A DNA stretch of 64,000 nucleotides from Acutalibacteraceae bacterium (GCA_045602965.1 JAZSCO010000006.1:3008-67007), one strand, 5' to 3'. Shown: positions 8,877 through 18,912, counted from the first letter of the stretch. Notes: generated by a model from the sequence alone, not told the origin. Translations and numbers: made by a program.

Positions 8877-10037
8877 TCAAATCGACCAGCTGCTGTCGGT
8901 AAAACGTGTGTGACGGTAAGGAAAAGCTCTGAAGAAATCATCTGCATTGCCTTTGATTTCAACGCCGTCAATGTATAAAGCGGTCTGCGAATTATGTCCT
9001 TCACCCGCAAGCATAAGCCTTGCGGCAGCTGATGCCGTAAGAGATATATCATAATCGCCTTCGGATTTGTGTGTGACAACTGCTTTCCCGTTTTGATACT
9101 CAACCTCAAAAATTCCGTTGTTCTGCTCAAATTCGTCAATACATCTCAAACGGAAAATACCGTATTCTTCGGGATACGAGTTGTTTTCAAGAAGCTTTTG
9201 CAGGTTATAGATTCTTCCTGCCGCTCCGCCGTTGGATTCATATGTTACGCCGTCAATTCTGTCTGTGACACAGGCAAAATCACTGCCTTGATACTGCTTT
9301 TTGACAATCAGATTTTTAACTATTCCGTCGTAATTGCGCAGAAAACCGATTAAACCGTAAAGCGCTTCGGGCGAAAGAACAAACAGTTCTTCAACGATAA
9401 GGTCATTTGGTCTGCTGACGGTAAAACGCACATAACCGTCAGCAACTCCGTCGATATCGTATCTTATATATGTGTAGTCGGCGCTTTCGAGGGGCGTGTC
9501 GCAGAAATGCTTTTTCTCCTCACGCAGAGTCATCAGATTTTCTTTCAAAGCGCATTTTTCATGAAGGGCACTGAGTTCTTCAAACTGTTCGCCCGTATAA
9601 AGAACAACATCGGTGTTGCGCGGAATATGTTTGAGGTTTTCAAACGGAACCTTTATTGCAAACATACGGTTAAGATTTGCATAACCGAATTTTTCGTAGT
9701 ATGCAATTGAAAAGGGGTGAAGGAATCCGAATGTCCAGTCATTTTCAATTGCAGTTTCGCCGATTTTTTTCATAATCTCACGAATACCGCCCATTCTTCT
9801 GTACTCGGGCTGACTGCAGACACCGCTTACAACGACTGAATTGAGGAACTTTCCGCAGTAGTTGGTTCTGAAATCAAAGATTTCAACTCCTGCGATAAGT
9901 TTTTCTCCCTCGAATGCCGCAAGAACGGGTATTTCAACCGTACTGTCCTCTTCGACATTGAATTTCCATATAAATGAAGCTGCTGACACTTTTTGATAAT
10001 CGACTGCTTCATCAGGTTTTATATATCTTATTTCCAT
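8877..10037 (-). CDS. Eis-like GNAT acetyltransferase with SCP2-like C-terminus
   Basis: GVCSQPEYRRMG, LHPFSIAYYEKFGY, EQNNGIFEV motifs; 386 aa. Confidence 0.88.
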   Translation of the reverse strand: MEIRYIKPDEAVDYQKVSAASFIWKFNVEEDSTVEIPVLAAFEGEKLIAGVEIFDFRTNYCGKFLNSVVVSGVCSQPEYRRMGGIREIMKKIGETAIENDWTFGFLHPFSIAYYEKFGYANLNRMFAIKVPFENLKHIPRNTDVVLYTGEQFEELSALHEKCALKENLMTLREEKKHFCDTPLESADYTYIRYDIDGVADGYVRFTVSRPNDLIVEELFVLSPEALYGLIGFLRNYDGIVKNLIVKKQYQGSDFACVTDRIDGVTYESNGGAAGRIYNLQKLLENNSYPEEYGIFRLRCIDEFEQNNGIFEVEYQNGKAVVTHKSEGDYDISLTASAAARLMLAGEGHNSQTALYIDGVEIKGNADDFFRAFPYRHTRFTDSSWSI

Positions 10038-10101
10038 ATTTTTCTCCTCCGTTTTATTATTTGCCGTACCATTTAAAAGCTTATCTCACGCTGTCATAAA
10101 T

Positions 10102-10330
10102 TTAATAGAAGTTCGAGATAAATGATGTCGCGGAATTCTTGTCGCAGCCAAGAGTCCACACATTTTCACTCTGAGGCTCATCAATGAAGGTTTAGGTGTC
10201 TTCATAGAAATTATCATATTCATCAATATTGAATTTCTCATAATCTGCAATTGCCGCCGCATAAGCGCAGAGGGTATCATAAGGCACATAACCAACACCA
10301 ACGAAATAACAGTCATAAGTGTTTTTTCAT
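10102..10330 (-). pseudogene. Frameshifted remnant of a secreted-protein gene
   Basis: ATG AAA AAA followed by out-of-frame TLMTVISLVLVMCLMIPS, then second-frame AYAAAIADYEKFNIDEYDNFYEDT*; signal-peptide-like with two frameshifts and stops. Confidence 0.45.
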
Positions 10331-10541
10331 GAATTAAAACATCTTTCAGCAACGAAGTGCTGTTGTTTCAATATTAACATTACAATTATAAAAAGTAAAT
10401 GATTATTATTTATCTACCCAAATAAATCTGCAATTTTCGTTTCAGTAATAACCCATATATGCCTGTGAAAAAACTTTTTCCATAAAAGCGACTGTTAAAC
10501 AAGTTGTATTGATTTTTTCACTGAATGTGCAGTTTATGCAG

Positions 10542-10627
10542 TGAACGCCAACTTCTCTTGCGGTTTACGGCTTGAATCGGTCAAAAGCGGCTTTTGTTAG
10601 AGAAACAACCGAATTATTCTTTGGCAT
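10542..10627 (-). pseudogene. Decayed half-SASP repeat, copy 4
   Basis: MPKNNSVVSLTKAAFDRFKP*TAREVGVH, with an in-frame stop. Confidence 0.8.
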
Positions 10628-10682
10628 TTTGTTTGCACGGTTTCTGTGGTAATGCCTGCAAAAAATTAATATAAAAAAACTG

Positions 10683-10711
10683 TTGCATTTTAAAAGATAA
10701 CGTGCTATAAT
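10683..10711 (+). promoter_or_regulatory. Sigma-A type promoter upstream of glycine riboswitch
   Basis: TTGCAT-17-TATAAT with extended TG. Confidence 0.7.
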
Positions 10712-10732
10712 GCCAAAAAATAAATATTTTAT

Positions 10733-10899
10733 GGTTGATGTTTGCAGAAGAAGCATGACGCTGCCGAAGGAGTAACGCTCTCAGGCTTCCCGAAAGGGAA
10801 AAGGACTGCAAACGGACATAACTTTGGAGAATCTCATTAAATTGAGTGCCGAAGGGGCAAGGCGGTTTTCGCTAATCTCTCAGGCAAAAGGACAAAGTT
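10733..10899 (+). ncRNA. Tandem glycine riboswitch
   Basis: Two aptamers, each with GCCGAAG..CTCTCAGG..AAGGAC cores and closing stems (tttgcag/ctgcaaa; actttg/caaagt); upstream of an alanine/glycine symporter. Confidence 0.92.
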
Positions 10900-10939
10900 T
10901 TTAATTCCCTGTTTTATCGGGAGAAAAATTGTGCTTTTT

Positions 10940-10972
10940 GTCGGATTACGCCCTGTAATCCGACTTTTTTTA
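10940..10972 (+). terminator. Leader terminator (riboswitch expression platform)
   Basis: gtcggattac-gccct-gtaatccgac followed by a T7 run before the start codon. Confidence 0.8.
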
Positions 10973-10997
10973 TTTTTATTAATCCGGAGGAATTCAA

Positions 10998-12536
10998 ATG
11001 GAAAGTTTTTTTGAAAAAGTGGCGGAGATAAACGGCTCTGTCAATGGCGTTGTATGGGGCAGTTTCGGTCTGTTTCTGCTCATCGGAACGGGTATCCTTA
11101 TGACCGTGTGCACAAAAGTGTTTCAGATAACACACATCGGTCTCTGGTGGAAAAACACGATAGGAAGCCTTTTCACCAAGAATGTTATCGGACATTCGAA
11201 AGAAAAAGGGTCTATTTCGCCTTTCCAGGCTCTTTGCACTGCTCTTGCCGCAACAGTCGGCACGGGCAATATCGCAGGCGTTGCTGCAGCAATATGTATC
11301 GGCGGTGCCGGCGCGGTTTTCTGGATGTGGGTTGCCGCATTCTTCGGAATGATGACGAATTATTCAGAAAACGTTCTCGGTATTTATTTCCGTCGCCGCA
11401 ATATAAAAGGCGAATGGTCGGGTGGTGCAATGTATTATCTTCGTGACGGTCTCGGCAGTAAAAAAGGCTGCAAAACAATCGGTAAAATTCTTGCGGTTCT
11501 TTTCTGCATTTTCACAATGCTTGCATCTTTCGGCATCGGCAGCATGGGTCAGGTCAACAAAATTGTTGCCAATGTTGCATCTGCTTTTGATGTTGAGGCA
11601 ATTTCATCAATTCAGGTTATGGGCGGAATTTCGCTTTATAACATCATTCTCGGCATAATTATTATGGCTCTTGTTGCGCTTATCACCCTCGGCGGTCTGA
11701 AAAGAATCGCAAGCGTTGCCGAGAAAATCGTTCCCTTCATGATTATTCTCTTTATTGCAGGCAGTCTTGTTATTATCGGCGTAAATTACGATCAGATTAT
11801 TCCTGCTTTCAAAACAATTTTTGTTAATGCTTTCAAACCCGAAGCTTTTGTAGGCGGAACGCTCGGTGCGGCAATCAGTGCTGCAGTTACTCAGGGCTTT
11901 AAACGCGGTGTTTTCTCAAACGAGGCAGGTCTCGGCTCATCCGTTATGGTTCATTCAAACTCCAATGTAAAAGAGCCTGTAAAGCAGGGTATGTGGGGCA
12001 TATTTGAAGTTTTTGCCGACACAATGGTTGTTTGCACGATGACAGCTCTCGTTGTTCTCACTTCAGGCGTGTTTGATACAAAGACAGGTGCTATTGCAGA
12101 AGGTCTTTCCGATGCAACTCTTGTTGCAGGTGCATTCAATTCCGTTTTCTCTTGGGGCAATATAGGTGAAAAATTCATTGCGGTTGCAATGTTCCTCTTT
12201 GCATTCACAACTGTTCTCGGCTGGTCACACTACGGCTCAAAGGCATGGGAATATCTTTTCGGCACAAAAACAACCGTTATTTTCAAGATTATCCACGTTA
12301 TCACCGTTATTTTCGGTGCAGTAATGACATCGTCACTTGCATGGGACATTTCCGACACATTCAACGGACTTATGATGATACCCAACCTTATCGGCGTTGT
12401 TGTTCTCTTCCCGCTTGTTATAAAAATCACCAAGAACTACATTGACCGCAAGGTTAAGAATAAAAACGAAAAACCCGTTCTTTCCTATGATTCCGGAATT
12501 CAGGCTGAAGCAGAAGAAAATATTGCAGACGAATAA
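10998..12536 (+). CDS. Alanine/glycine:cation symporter (AGCS family)
   Basis: ISPFQALCTALAATVGTGNIAGVA, GGAGAVFWMW, RGVFSNEAGLGS, NGLMMIPNLI. Confidence 0.95.
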   Translation: MESFFEKVAEINGSVNGVVWGSFGLFLLIGTGILMTVCTKVFQITHIGLWWKNTIGSLFTKNVIGHSKEKGSISPFQALCTALAATVGTGNIAGVAAAICIGGAGAVFWMWVAAFFGMMTNYSENVLGIYFRRRNIKGEWSGGAMYYLRDGLGSKKGCKTIGKILAVLFCIFTMLASFGIGSMGQVNKIVANVASAFDVEAISSIQVMGGISLYNIILGIIIMALVALITLGGLKRIASVAEKIVPFMIILFIAGSLVIIGVNYDQIIPAFKTIFVNAFKPEAFVGGTLGAAISAAVTQGFKRGVFSNEAGLGSSVMVHSNSNVKEPVKQGMWGIFEVFADTMVVCTMTALVVLTSGVFDTKTGAIAEGLSDATLVAGAFNSVFSWGNIGEKFIAVAMFLFAFTTVLGWSHYGSKAWEYLFGTKTTVIFKIIHVITVIFGAVMTSSLAWDISDTFNGLMMIPNLIGVVVLFPLVIKITKNYIDRKVKNKNEKPVLSYDSGIQAEAEENIADE

Positions 12537-12556
12537 ACAGAACTTATATTTATAAA

Positions 12557-12604
12557 ATACAACCGCTTCATTGATGCTACTCATCGGTAAAGCGGTTGTA
12601 TTTT
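12557..12604 (+). terminator. Terminator after AGCS gene
   Basis: atacaaccgctt...aagcggttgtat followed by T-run. Confidence 0.6.
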
Positions 12605-12688
12605 ATTCAATACTTGGTAGATATTTTTGGTCGCGATATAATTCTGACGAGTATTATTTTCCTTATTTACTGATTGGCGGTGATTCTG

Positions 12689-12979
12689 ATGCAAAAAGCA
12701 GAAAACATCTTTTCAAAAGCCAAAGCCATGCTTGAAGAAATAGTTTTATATTGGAAAAATCCGCGTCCCGGTGAATATGTTCCGTATAAAGAAATTGTAA
12801 TGCTCAGCGTAGGCTGGCTTGCGCAGTATTTTGTTGTTCAGTTTTCAATCGGTTTCAGCGTAGGTACTGCGTTTGCAGGCGCTTTTCCGCAAGCGCTGAG
12901 AGCAAACAAAACAGCAAAAATGATTGATAACGCTTTGATGGTTTTCATACAATCGCCCCTTTGGATTATGTCAATATAA
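12689..12979 (+). pseudogene. 5' fragment of an MFS/GPH-type transporter gene
   Basis: YWKNPRPGEYVPYKEIVMLSVG resembles the N-terminus of clostridial GPH-like MFS proteins; similarity ends after about 60 codons. Confidence 0.5.
12838..12948 (-). pseudogene. 5' fragment of a lipoprotein gene
   Basis: MKTIKALSIIFAVLFALSAC-GKAPA.. with lipobox and RBS AAGGGG; stops after 36 aa inside the antisense MFS fragment. Confidence 0.55.
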
Positions 12980-13114
12980 TTGTATAGTGTAAATGTGAAT
13001 TATTTTGCTGTTTTTTTAAAAAATTTATTATTCCTCATCAGGAAGCTATGGTACGGTTACTTTTGCCGCTTTTATCAAAAATTACAAAAAACATATACAA
13101 AGGTTGCGCACACA

Positions 13115-13152
13115 AAAATACCGCCGAAAAAAATTCTTCGACGGTATTTTTT
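13115..13152 (-). terminator. Terminator after cstA
   Basis: aaaaataccg..cggtattttt inverted repeat. Confidence 0.65.
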
Positions 13153-13162
13153 ATTCAACAGG

Positions 13163-14893
13163 TTAATTCATTTTTTTAATTTCTTCATTTTGATTTTTTC
13201 TCTTGTACTCATTTTCCTTTATAAAAAGCTTTTTAAAACCTTCAATCACAACGCAGACACCGAGAATAATAATCAGCGTTGCAAATACAAGCTGAAGCAT
13301 ATCGCCGAAAACATCTGCGCTTGAAGATGTGATGAGTGCAGTTGCCTTGTTGTAAACTGTCATGCCCAGTGCAGTGAAGGTTACGGCAAGCATAGCACCG
13401 AGAGGAATATACATAAACCAACGAACCTTTTTGCTTCTCTTGAGGAAGACTGCGCAGGCAAGGAATGCAAATACGGACAGAAGCTGGTTTGATGCGCCGA
13501 AAAGTGCCCAGATATTTTTATAGCCCACAAGAGTGAGACCGTATGCGAGCACAAGAGTGATAATTGTTGCGAAATACTTGTTTGTCAGAACCTTTCTGAC
13601 TTTGCCCATATTTTCATCAGTTATGGAATCGTCAAGGAAAAGCTCCTGGAATGACAGTCTGCCAACACGGGCAACGGAGTCAAGAGAGGTCAGCGCAAAG
13701 GCTGAAATTGAAAGAGTGATGAGTGTATAAACTATATCAGAAGGCAAGCCGAGAGTTGTCAGGAAGTTGGATACTGCACCTGCAAAAACCTGAGCGGGTG
13801 TATTCCAGCCCTGTGCAGCGGCTTCACCGCTTGCAAATGATGCAACAGCAATGAGTGCGATTACGGCAAGCATACTTTCGAGAAGCATTGAGCCGAAAGA
13901 TACGGGAAGCATATCCTTTTCGTTTTTAATCTGCTTTGATGCCGTACCCGAAGAAACCAATGAATGGAAACCGGAAACAGCACCGCAGGCAATTGTGACA
14001 AAAAGAATCGGAAAAAGATAACTGCCGTCAACTTCAAAACCGATGAATGCAGGCAGATTAATCTGAGGATTGGCAACAAATACGCCAATAACCGCCGCAA
14101 CTATCATTGCAACAAGCAGATAACTGTTAAGATAATCTCTCGGCTGCAAAAGAATCCATACGGGAACAACCGAAGCGATCAGGATATAAATAAAAACAAG
14201 GATATGCCAGATATCAAGCGAAAGAAAAATCGGCATTTTAAGCCCGATGATTATTGATGCAACAAGCATTACGATTGCGATGGCAGTATTCACGACTGTC
14301 GGCAATTTAGTATATTTGAGGATAAGACCGAGAGCAACTGCGAAAACGATAAACATTACCGATGTTGTAGCAACAGCACCGTTTGCTGCTATATTTGTGC
14401 CTTGCACTCCGTCAGTTACGGCGAAGCCCATAAAAGTACCTGCCACTATATCCGCAAATGCTGCAACAACCAGAATGCAGAAAAGCCAGCAGAAAAGCAG
14501 AAACATCTTTTTGCCTGTTTTGCCGATATATTTTTCAATTATGTAGCCAATGCTTCTGCCTTTGTTTCTGACGGAGGCGTACATGGCTGCAAAGTCCTGA
14601 ACAGCGCCGAAAAACACACCGCCGATGAGTACCCAAAGCAACACGGGCACCCAACCGAAGATAGCCGCCTGAATGGGGCCGTTGATAGGACCTGCGCCTG
14701 CTATTGAAGCGAACTGATGACCGAAAACAACGCTCTTGGGTGCAGGCTCATAGTCCACGCCGTCGCGCTGTTCGTAAGCGGGAGTTTTCCTTTTTGGGTC
14801 AACTCCCCATTTTTTTGCAATCCACCTGCCGTAAAGAATATAAGCAAGAATCAAAACGGCAAGAGAGATTATCATTATTGTAACACCGTTCAT
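13163..14893 (-). CDS. cstA: Carbon starvation protein A (peptide/pyruvate transporter family)
   Basis: FGHQFASIAGAGPINGP, LLQPRDYLNS, TIACGAVSGFHSLVSSGT, WALFGASNQLL. Confidence 0.95.
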   Translation of the reverse strand: MNGVTIMIISLAVLILAYILYGRWIAKKWGVDPKRKTPAYEQRDGVDYEPAPKSVVFGHQFASIAGAGPINGPIQAAIFGWVPVLLWVLIGGVFFGAVQDFAAMYASVRNKGRSIGYIIEKYIGKTGKKMFLLFCWLFCILVVAAFADIVAGTFMGFAVTDGVQGTNIAANGAVATTSVMFIVFAVALGLILKYTKLPTVVNTAIAIVMLVASIIIGLKMPIFLSLDIWHILVFIYILIASVVPVWILLQPRDYLNSYLLVAMIVAAVIGVFVANPQINLPAFIGFEVDGSYLFPILFVTIACGAVSGFHSLVSSGTASKQIKNEKDMLPVSFGSMLLESMLAVIALIAVASFASGEAAAQGWNTPAQVFAGAVSNFLTTLGLPSDIVYTLITLSISAFALTSLDSVARVGRLSFQELFLDDSITDENMGKVRKVLTNKYFATIITLVLAYGLTLVGYKNIWALFGASNQLLSVFAFLACAVFLKRSKKVRWFMYIPLGAMLAVTFTALGMTVYNKATALITSSSADVFGDMLQLVFATLIIILGVCVVIEGFKKLFIKENEYKRKNQNEEIKKMN

Positions 14894-14938
14894 AACATAC
14901 TTCCTTTTAAAATATAATCCGTATAATTCATTCCGCTG

Positions 14939-17641
14939 TTAATAATGCGTTTCACCGCATTCGCATTCGGGCAGGACGCCGAAAACGCTGTGGAAGAAGT
15001 TTGCAATTCTCCAGATCATGTTCCAGAACCAATGATCGCTGTGGCATAAGCATTCGCAATAATAAATGTTTTCTTTGCCGCAAAGGTCGCAGACTTCGTC
15101 AAGGTCATCGTCGATGTGATAATATTTATTAATTCCCAAATCCTCGTGACCTGAAACGAATTCATCACAAACGGCGCAGTAAAGTCCGTCTGCGTATCCT
15201 TTTTCCGTGCAGTTGGGGAATGTTCCTTCAACATACTCAACATTATGTTTGCTGCCATCAGCAGCGGTATGAGTAAGAAGGGTGAAAACAACTGTGAAAC
15301 TGCCTTCACCGTAATACTTCTGAACATTATAATAATAGGTTTCGCCTGCAGTAAGATTGAAAACAAGGTCGAAATCCATATCGTTGACATCATAACTGCC
15401 TGCAAGCCAATCGCCTTCTGCGTTATAGATGAAGCAGTCGGGATCAAGCTCTGAATTATCCGATACGGATTTGAATGAATATGCGCCGCTTATTTCGGGA
15501 GTAAATCTGAACCATGAGTTTTCATTCGTTTCGGAATCAAGCACGTATTCATTGTCGGGAATCAGGTTTTCTCCCAAGTAAATTTTTCCGCAGGGACAGT
15601 AGCCGAGTGAACTCATCTCGCTGTGATCGCAGATTTCGCCGCATATTGTGCAAACTTCGTCTTTGAATGAATGACCGCATTCAAGGGTGATTTCATATTC
15701 GTAGTCGCCTTCATTGTATACGCCGATATAAAAATAATATGTTTTTCCGCTTTCGAACTCATACTCAAGAATGAAATCCATGCCGTTTTCATCATCTGCC
15801 GACATAAGAGCTTCTTCGCCCTCGTCGAAAAGGAAACAGAAAGTGTCCAGTTCATCCGATGCCGCCTTCAACCTATAGACGGAATCTGCTTCGGGAGCAA
15901 ATTTTACGATTGTGGTATTTTCACCGTTAACGGAAACTCTAAGAGTTTCACCGCATTTGATTTCATAATCGAATGCGGGTGCGTCGGGGTCTGTGTCAAT
16001 AATTGTAATTCTTCCGTCGCCGTCGGGATTGCTGTATTTATCCGCAGGGATTTTGCCGTTCAGGGTCTCGGTAAAATATTCGATAAGCATTTCGTTGTCG
16101 CAAGGAAGACCGTCCTTCTGAATAACCTTTGCGTCGTCAAGCATTGTCAGACCGTCACCGCCCTGAGTGAGAACGTACTGGCTGCCAACGATTGTGTAGG
16201 TTTTTTCAAGGTCAACGGGTTCACCGCCAACGAGAACGTTCTGAACTCTGCGCTGCTTGGTTTCATCAATTTCGATGAAATTATCAAGCTGGTCGCAGAT
16301 AATGGGAGTTTCTCTGTAGGTGTGAATTTCGAACGATATACCCGAAACCTGGAAGAAGCTACCCAAGAATTCGGGACAAGCGCGTGCACCGTGTTCAAGC
16401 ACGTCGATAAGCTGCTGACCGGTAATTTCAAGAACACACATGGAATTGCCGAACGGATTCATATCCATGAGCATTTTTCTTGTAACATCGCCGGCATTGA
16501 TTTTATTTCTGATTCCTCCACCGTTGGCAACCGCGATATCAGCGCCCGTTATCGCACGGTAAGCGTCGGCAACAAAGTCACCTGCGTTGGTTTCTTTTCT
16601 GCGTACAAGCCAGTTGAGGTCAGCATCACCGGTTACAAGCTCAACCTCAGATGTGCCGATGGGGTCATAAAGATAAGCGATGTCTTCGTTATAGCCGTCA
16701 ACCTTCTCCTTAACGGTGTCATAAGCTGATTTTGCCTCTGCCGACATCGCATCGATATCAACGTCGTCTGGGTTTACAAGCTTCAAGTTAATGTCATCGC
16801 CGCTGACTGTCATTACGCCGAAATACATAAATTTTGCGCCTGTTGAGGAGAGAAAAACATCCTCGTCATTTTTATTTTTGTAAACGGATTTTTCGATTAT
16901 TTCTTCGGAATGAGCATCAAGGAAACAGTCGATGCCGTCAGTGTTTGCAATTATATCGGTTGATTTCCAGCCTTCCGTTGTTTCATTAATGCCCATATGA
17001 CCTAACGCAACTACAAGGTCTGCACCTTCAGCAACGGCGCTGTCAACACTGTTCTGAACATTTTCATAGAGGATTTCGTTTGTCAGCTCGCCGGGGTATG
17101 CGGGGAAACCGTAAATGAAATTTCCGTTTTCATCTTTGAAGAATTCGGGAGTTGACTTGGAAACGCTTTCAGGGGTTGTGATTCCCACGAAAGCAATCTG
17201 ACAGCTGCCGAAATCCTTGATTGCGTAGGGCGCAAAAACGCTTTCATTGTCGGGAAGATAATAGAAGTTGGAGCTGATATATTCATATTCCGCTTTGGTC
17301 TGTGCAAGGTTGAGGAACACATCCATGCCGTAGTCGAATTCGTGGTTGCCGGGAATGACATAGTCATATTCGACGGTGTTCAGGATGTCAACAATTGCTT
17401 CGCCTTTGGTGAGAGCGCCGATGACTTCGCCCTGAATCGCATCGCCCGCATCAACAAGAACAACATTTTTACCCTGTGCAATAAGTTCAGCTCTGTAAGC
17501 AGCAAGCACCGGATAATCGTCGATGGCGCAGTGAACATCGTTCGTGTAAAGAATAACCGTTTCCGCTTCTGCCGCAAATGATACGGACAGTACGGACGCA
17601 GTCAAAACGAAAGCAAGAATAACCGATAAAATCTTCTTCAT
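14939..17641 (-). CDS. Secreted bifunctional metallophosphatase/5'-nucleotidase with C-terminal beta-sandwich and Cys/His-rich domains
   Basis: Signal peptide; YTNDVH, DAGDAIQG, PGNHEFDYG, ALGHMG, DAHS, NGGGIR, PFGN, GGDG. Confidence 0.9.
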   Translation of the reverse strand: MKKILSVILAFVLTASVLSVSFAAEAETVILYTNDVHCAIDDYPVLAAYRAELIAQGKNVVLVDAGDAIQGEVIGALTKGEAIVDILNTVEYDYVIPGNHEFDYGMDVFLNLAQTKAEYEYISSNFYYLPDNESVFAPYAIKDFGSCQIAFVGITTPESVSKSTPEFFKDENGNFIYGFPAYPGELTNEILYENVQNSVDSAVAEGADLVVALGHMGINETTEGWKSTDIIANTDGIDCFLDAHSEEIIEKSVYKNKNDEDVFLSSTGAKFMYFGVMTVSGDDINLKLVNPDDVDIDAMSAEAKSAYDTVKEKVDGYNEDIAYLYDPIGTSEVELVTGDADLNWLVRRKETNAGDFVADAYRAITGADIAVANGGGIRNKINAGDVTRKMLMDMNPFGNSMCVLEITGQQLIDVLEHGARACPEFLGSFFQVSGISFEIHTYRETPIICDQLDNFIEIDETKQRRVQNVLVGGEPVDLEKTYTIVGSQYVLTQGGDGLTMLDDAKVIQKDGLPCDNEMLIEYFTETLNGKIPADKYSNPDGDGRITIIDTDPDAPAFDYEIKCGETLRVSVNGENTTIVKFAPEADSVYRLKAASDELDTFCFLFDEGEEALMSADDENGMDFILEYEFESGKTYYFYIGVYNEGDYEYEITLECGHSFKDEVCTICGEICDHSEMSSLGYCPCGKIYLGENLIPDNEYVLDSETNENSWFRFTPEISGAYSFKSVSDNSELDPDCFIYNAEGDWLAGSYDVNDMDFDLVFNLTAGETYYYNVQKYYGEGSFTVVFTLLTHTAADGSKHNVEYVEGTFPNCTEKGYADGLYCAVCDEFVSGHEDLGINKYYHIDDDLDEVCDLCGKENIYYCECLCHSDHWFWNMIWRIANFFHSVFGVLPECECGETHY

Positions 17642-17717
17642 AATTTCAACTCCAATCGGAATTTGAGATATTTTTATTTTAATAAAATGAGGTTAATCTG
17701 TCAAGTTCGTAATGCCG

Positions 17718-17766
17718 TAAAAAAACGGCCTGACCGGATGCTGTTCCGATCAAGCCGTGATTTTTA
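17718..17766 (-). terminator. Probable terminator at the end of the vWA-tubulin operon
   Basis: acggc-tga-cgga...tccgatcaagccgt imperfect hairpin with A7 on the + strand. Confidence 0.55.
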
Positions 17767-18894
17767 TTTTTCAACAAGAAGGGTTACAATAACCAACACA
17801 ACAAGGAATGAGGTATTGATAAGCGTAAACAGACCCATGTATTTCTTGAAGTTTTTGGGCTGGTGCTTCAGATACTCCTTGAGAGTAATCAAGCTTGCAA
17901 GAGAGGAAATAATGATGCCCAATGAACCGATATTAACCGAAACAAGAAGTTCACGGTAGTCCTGAGTGAACTTTGAAAGGAAAATAGCGGTGGGAACGTT
18001 ACTGATGAACTGGCAGGAAACGATACCTGCGATGAGGGTGTTATCAGCAACGATGCTTGCGATGAAGTCCTTTATGGTATCGATTCTTGCGATGTTGCCG
18101 GAGAAAATGAAGAATACGCAGAAGGTCAGGAGAAGTGCGTAGTCAACGTGTTTAAATCTCTGTCTGTCAACAATCAGAACGGCAATAATAACAATTGCAA
18201 GGGTGATAACATGAGGAACGACACGGAAGATGCTGAGAATAACGAATACAAAAAGAACGGCATAAACTGCTAATTCCTTCTTTTTGATTTCGAATTTTTC
18301 CTTATTTTCAAGAACGAGTTTATCGTTTTTGATGAAGAGACATCCGACAAACAGAAGTACGGCAACCGTTATTGACTGGATAAGCAGAACGCCGAAGAAT
18401 TCAAGGGTCGGAATCTCGTAAAATGAGTAAAGGTACAGATTCTGGGGATTACCGTATGGCGTTATCATACCGCCCATGTTTGCGGCAATTGTCTGCATGA
18501 TAAACGTAAACGCAAGATATTTGTCGTTGTTGGTTGAATGCAGAACAATATATGTAAGGGGGAGGAAGGTAATCAGAGACATGTCGTTTGCAACGATCAT
18601 ATCAAAGAAGAATGTACCGTAAATAAGCGAATAAATAACTGCTCGTCTGGTTTTGAACATACCGATAAGTTTTTTGGAAATAAGTTCAAAAACGTTTGTG
18701 TTTTTAAGACCTGCAACAACTGCAAGCATGCAGAACAGAGCAATAAGTGTTTTGAATTCAAAATAATTGAGGTATTCTTTGTCAATCGGAACGAAGAACA
18801 AAGTGATTATCGTTGCAACGGTTGCAACAGACAATACAACCTCTTTTTTGGCAAATGCGATAACCTTGCCAAAAAATGTTTTAACAGCATTCAT
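17764..18894 (-). CDS. IT superfamily permease (ArsB/NhaD/CitM/SLC13-like)
   Basis: MIVAND..ITFLP, AANMGGMITPYGNPQNLYLY, VDYALLLTF, QFISNVP, VNIGSLG. Confidence 0.88.
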   Translation of the reverse strand: MNAVKTFFGKVIAFAKKEVVLSVATVATIITLFFVPIDKEYLNYFEFKTLIALFCMLAVVAGLKNTNVFELISKKLIGMFKTRRAVIYSLIYGTFFFDMIVANDMSLITFLPLTYIVLHSTNNDKYLAFTFIMQTIAANMGGMITPYGNPQNLYLYSFYEIPTLEFFGVLLIQSITVAVLLFVGCLFIKNDKLVLENKEKFEIKKKELAVYAVLFVFVILSIFRVVPHVITLAIVIIAVLIVDRQRFKHVDYALLLTFCVFFIFSGNIARIDTIKDFIASIVADNTLIAGIVSCQFISNVPTAIFLSKFTQDYRELLVSVNIGSLGIIISSLASLITLKEYLKHQPKNFKKYMGLFTLINTSFLVVLVIVTLLVEK

Positions 18895-18912
18895 TGTTTT
18901 TCACCTCAGAAA

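Noticed and set aside
8762-9139. 125-aa minus-strand ORF ending in PLEENIHIL
   Set aside because: Alternate frame of the GNAT gene running into decayed SASP copy 3; not an independent gene.
905-10627. Calling the SASP-bounded region an IS, ICE, prophage or true integron
   Set aside because: No integrase, transposase, relaxase, attC-like palindromes or terminal inverted repeats are visible; reported only as a hypothesis.
15671-16729. 352-aa + strand ORF (also 18538..19320 and many similar track ORFs)
   Set aside because: Antisense or alternate-frame shadows of well-supported genes, with no motifs of their own.
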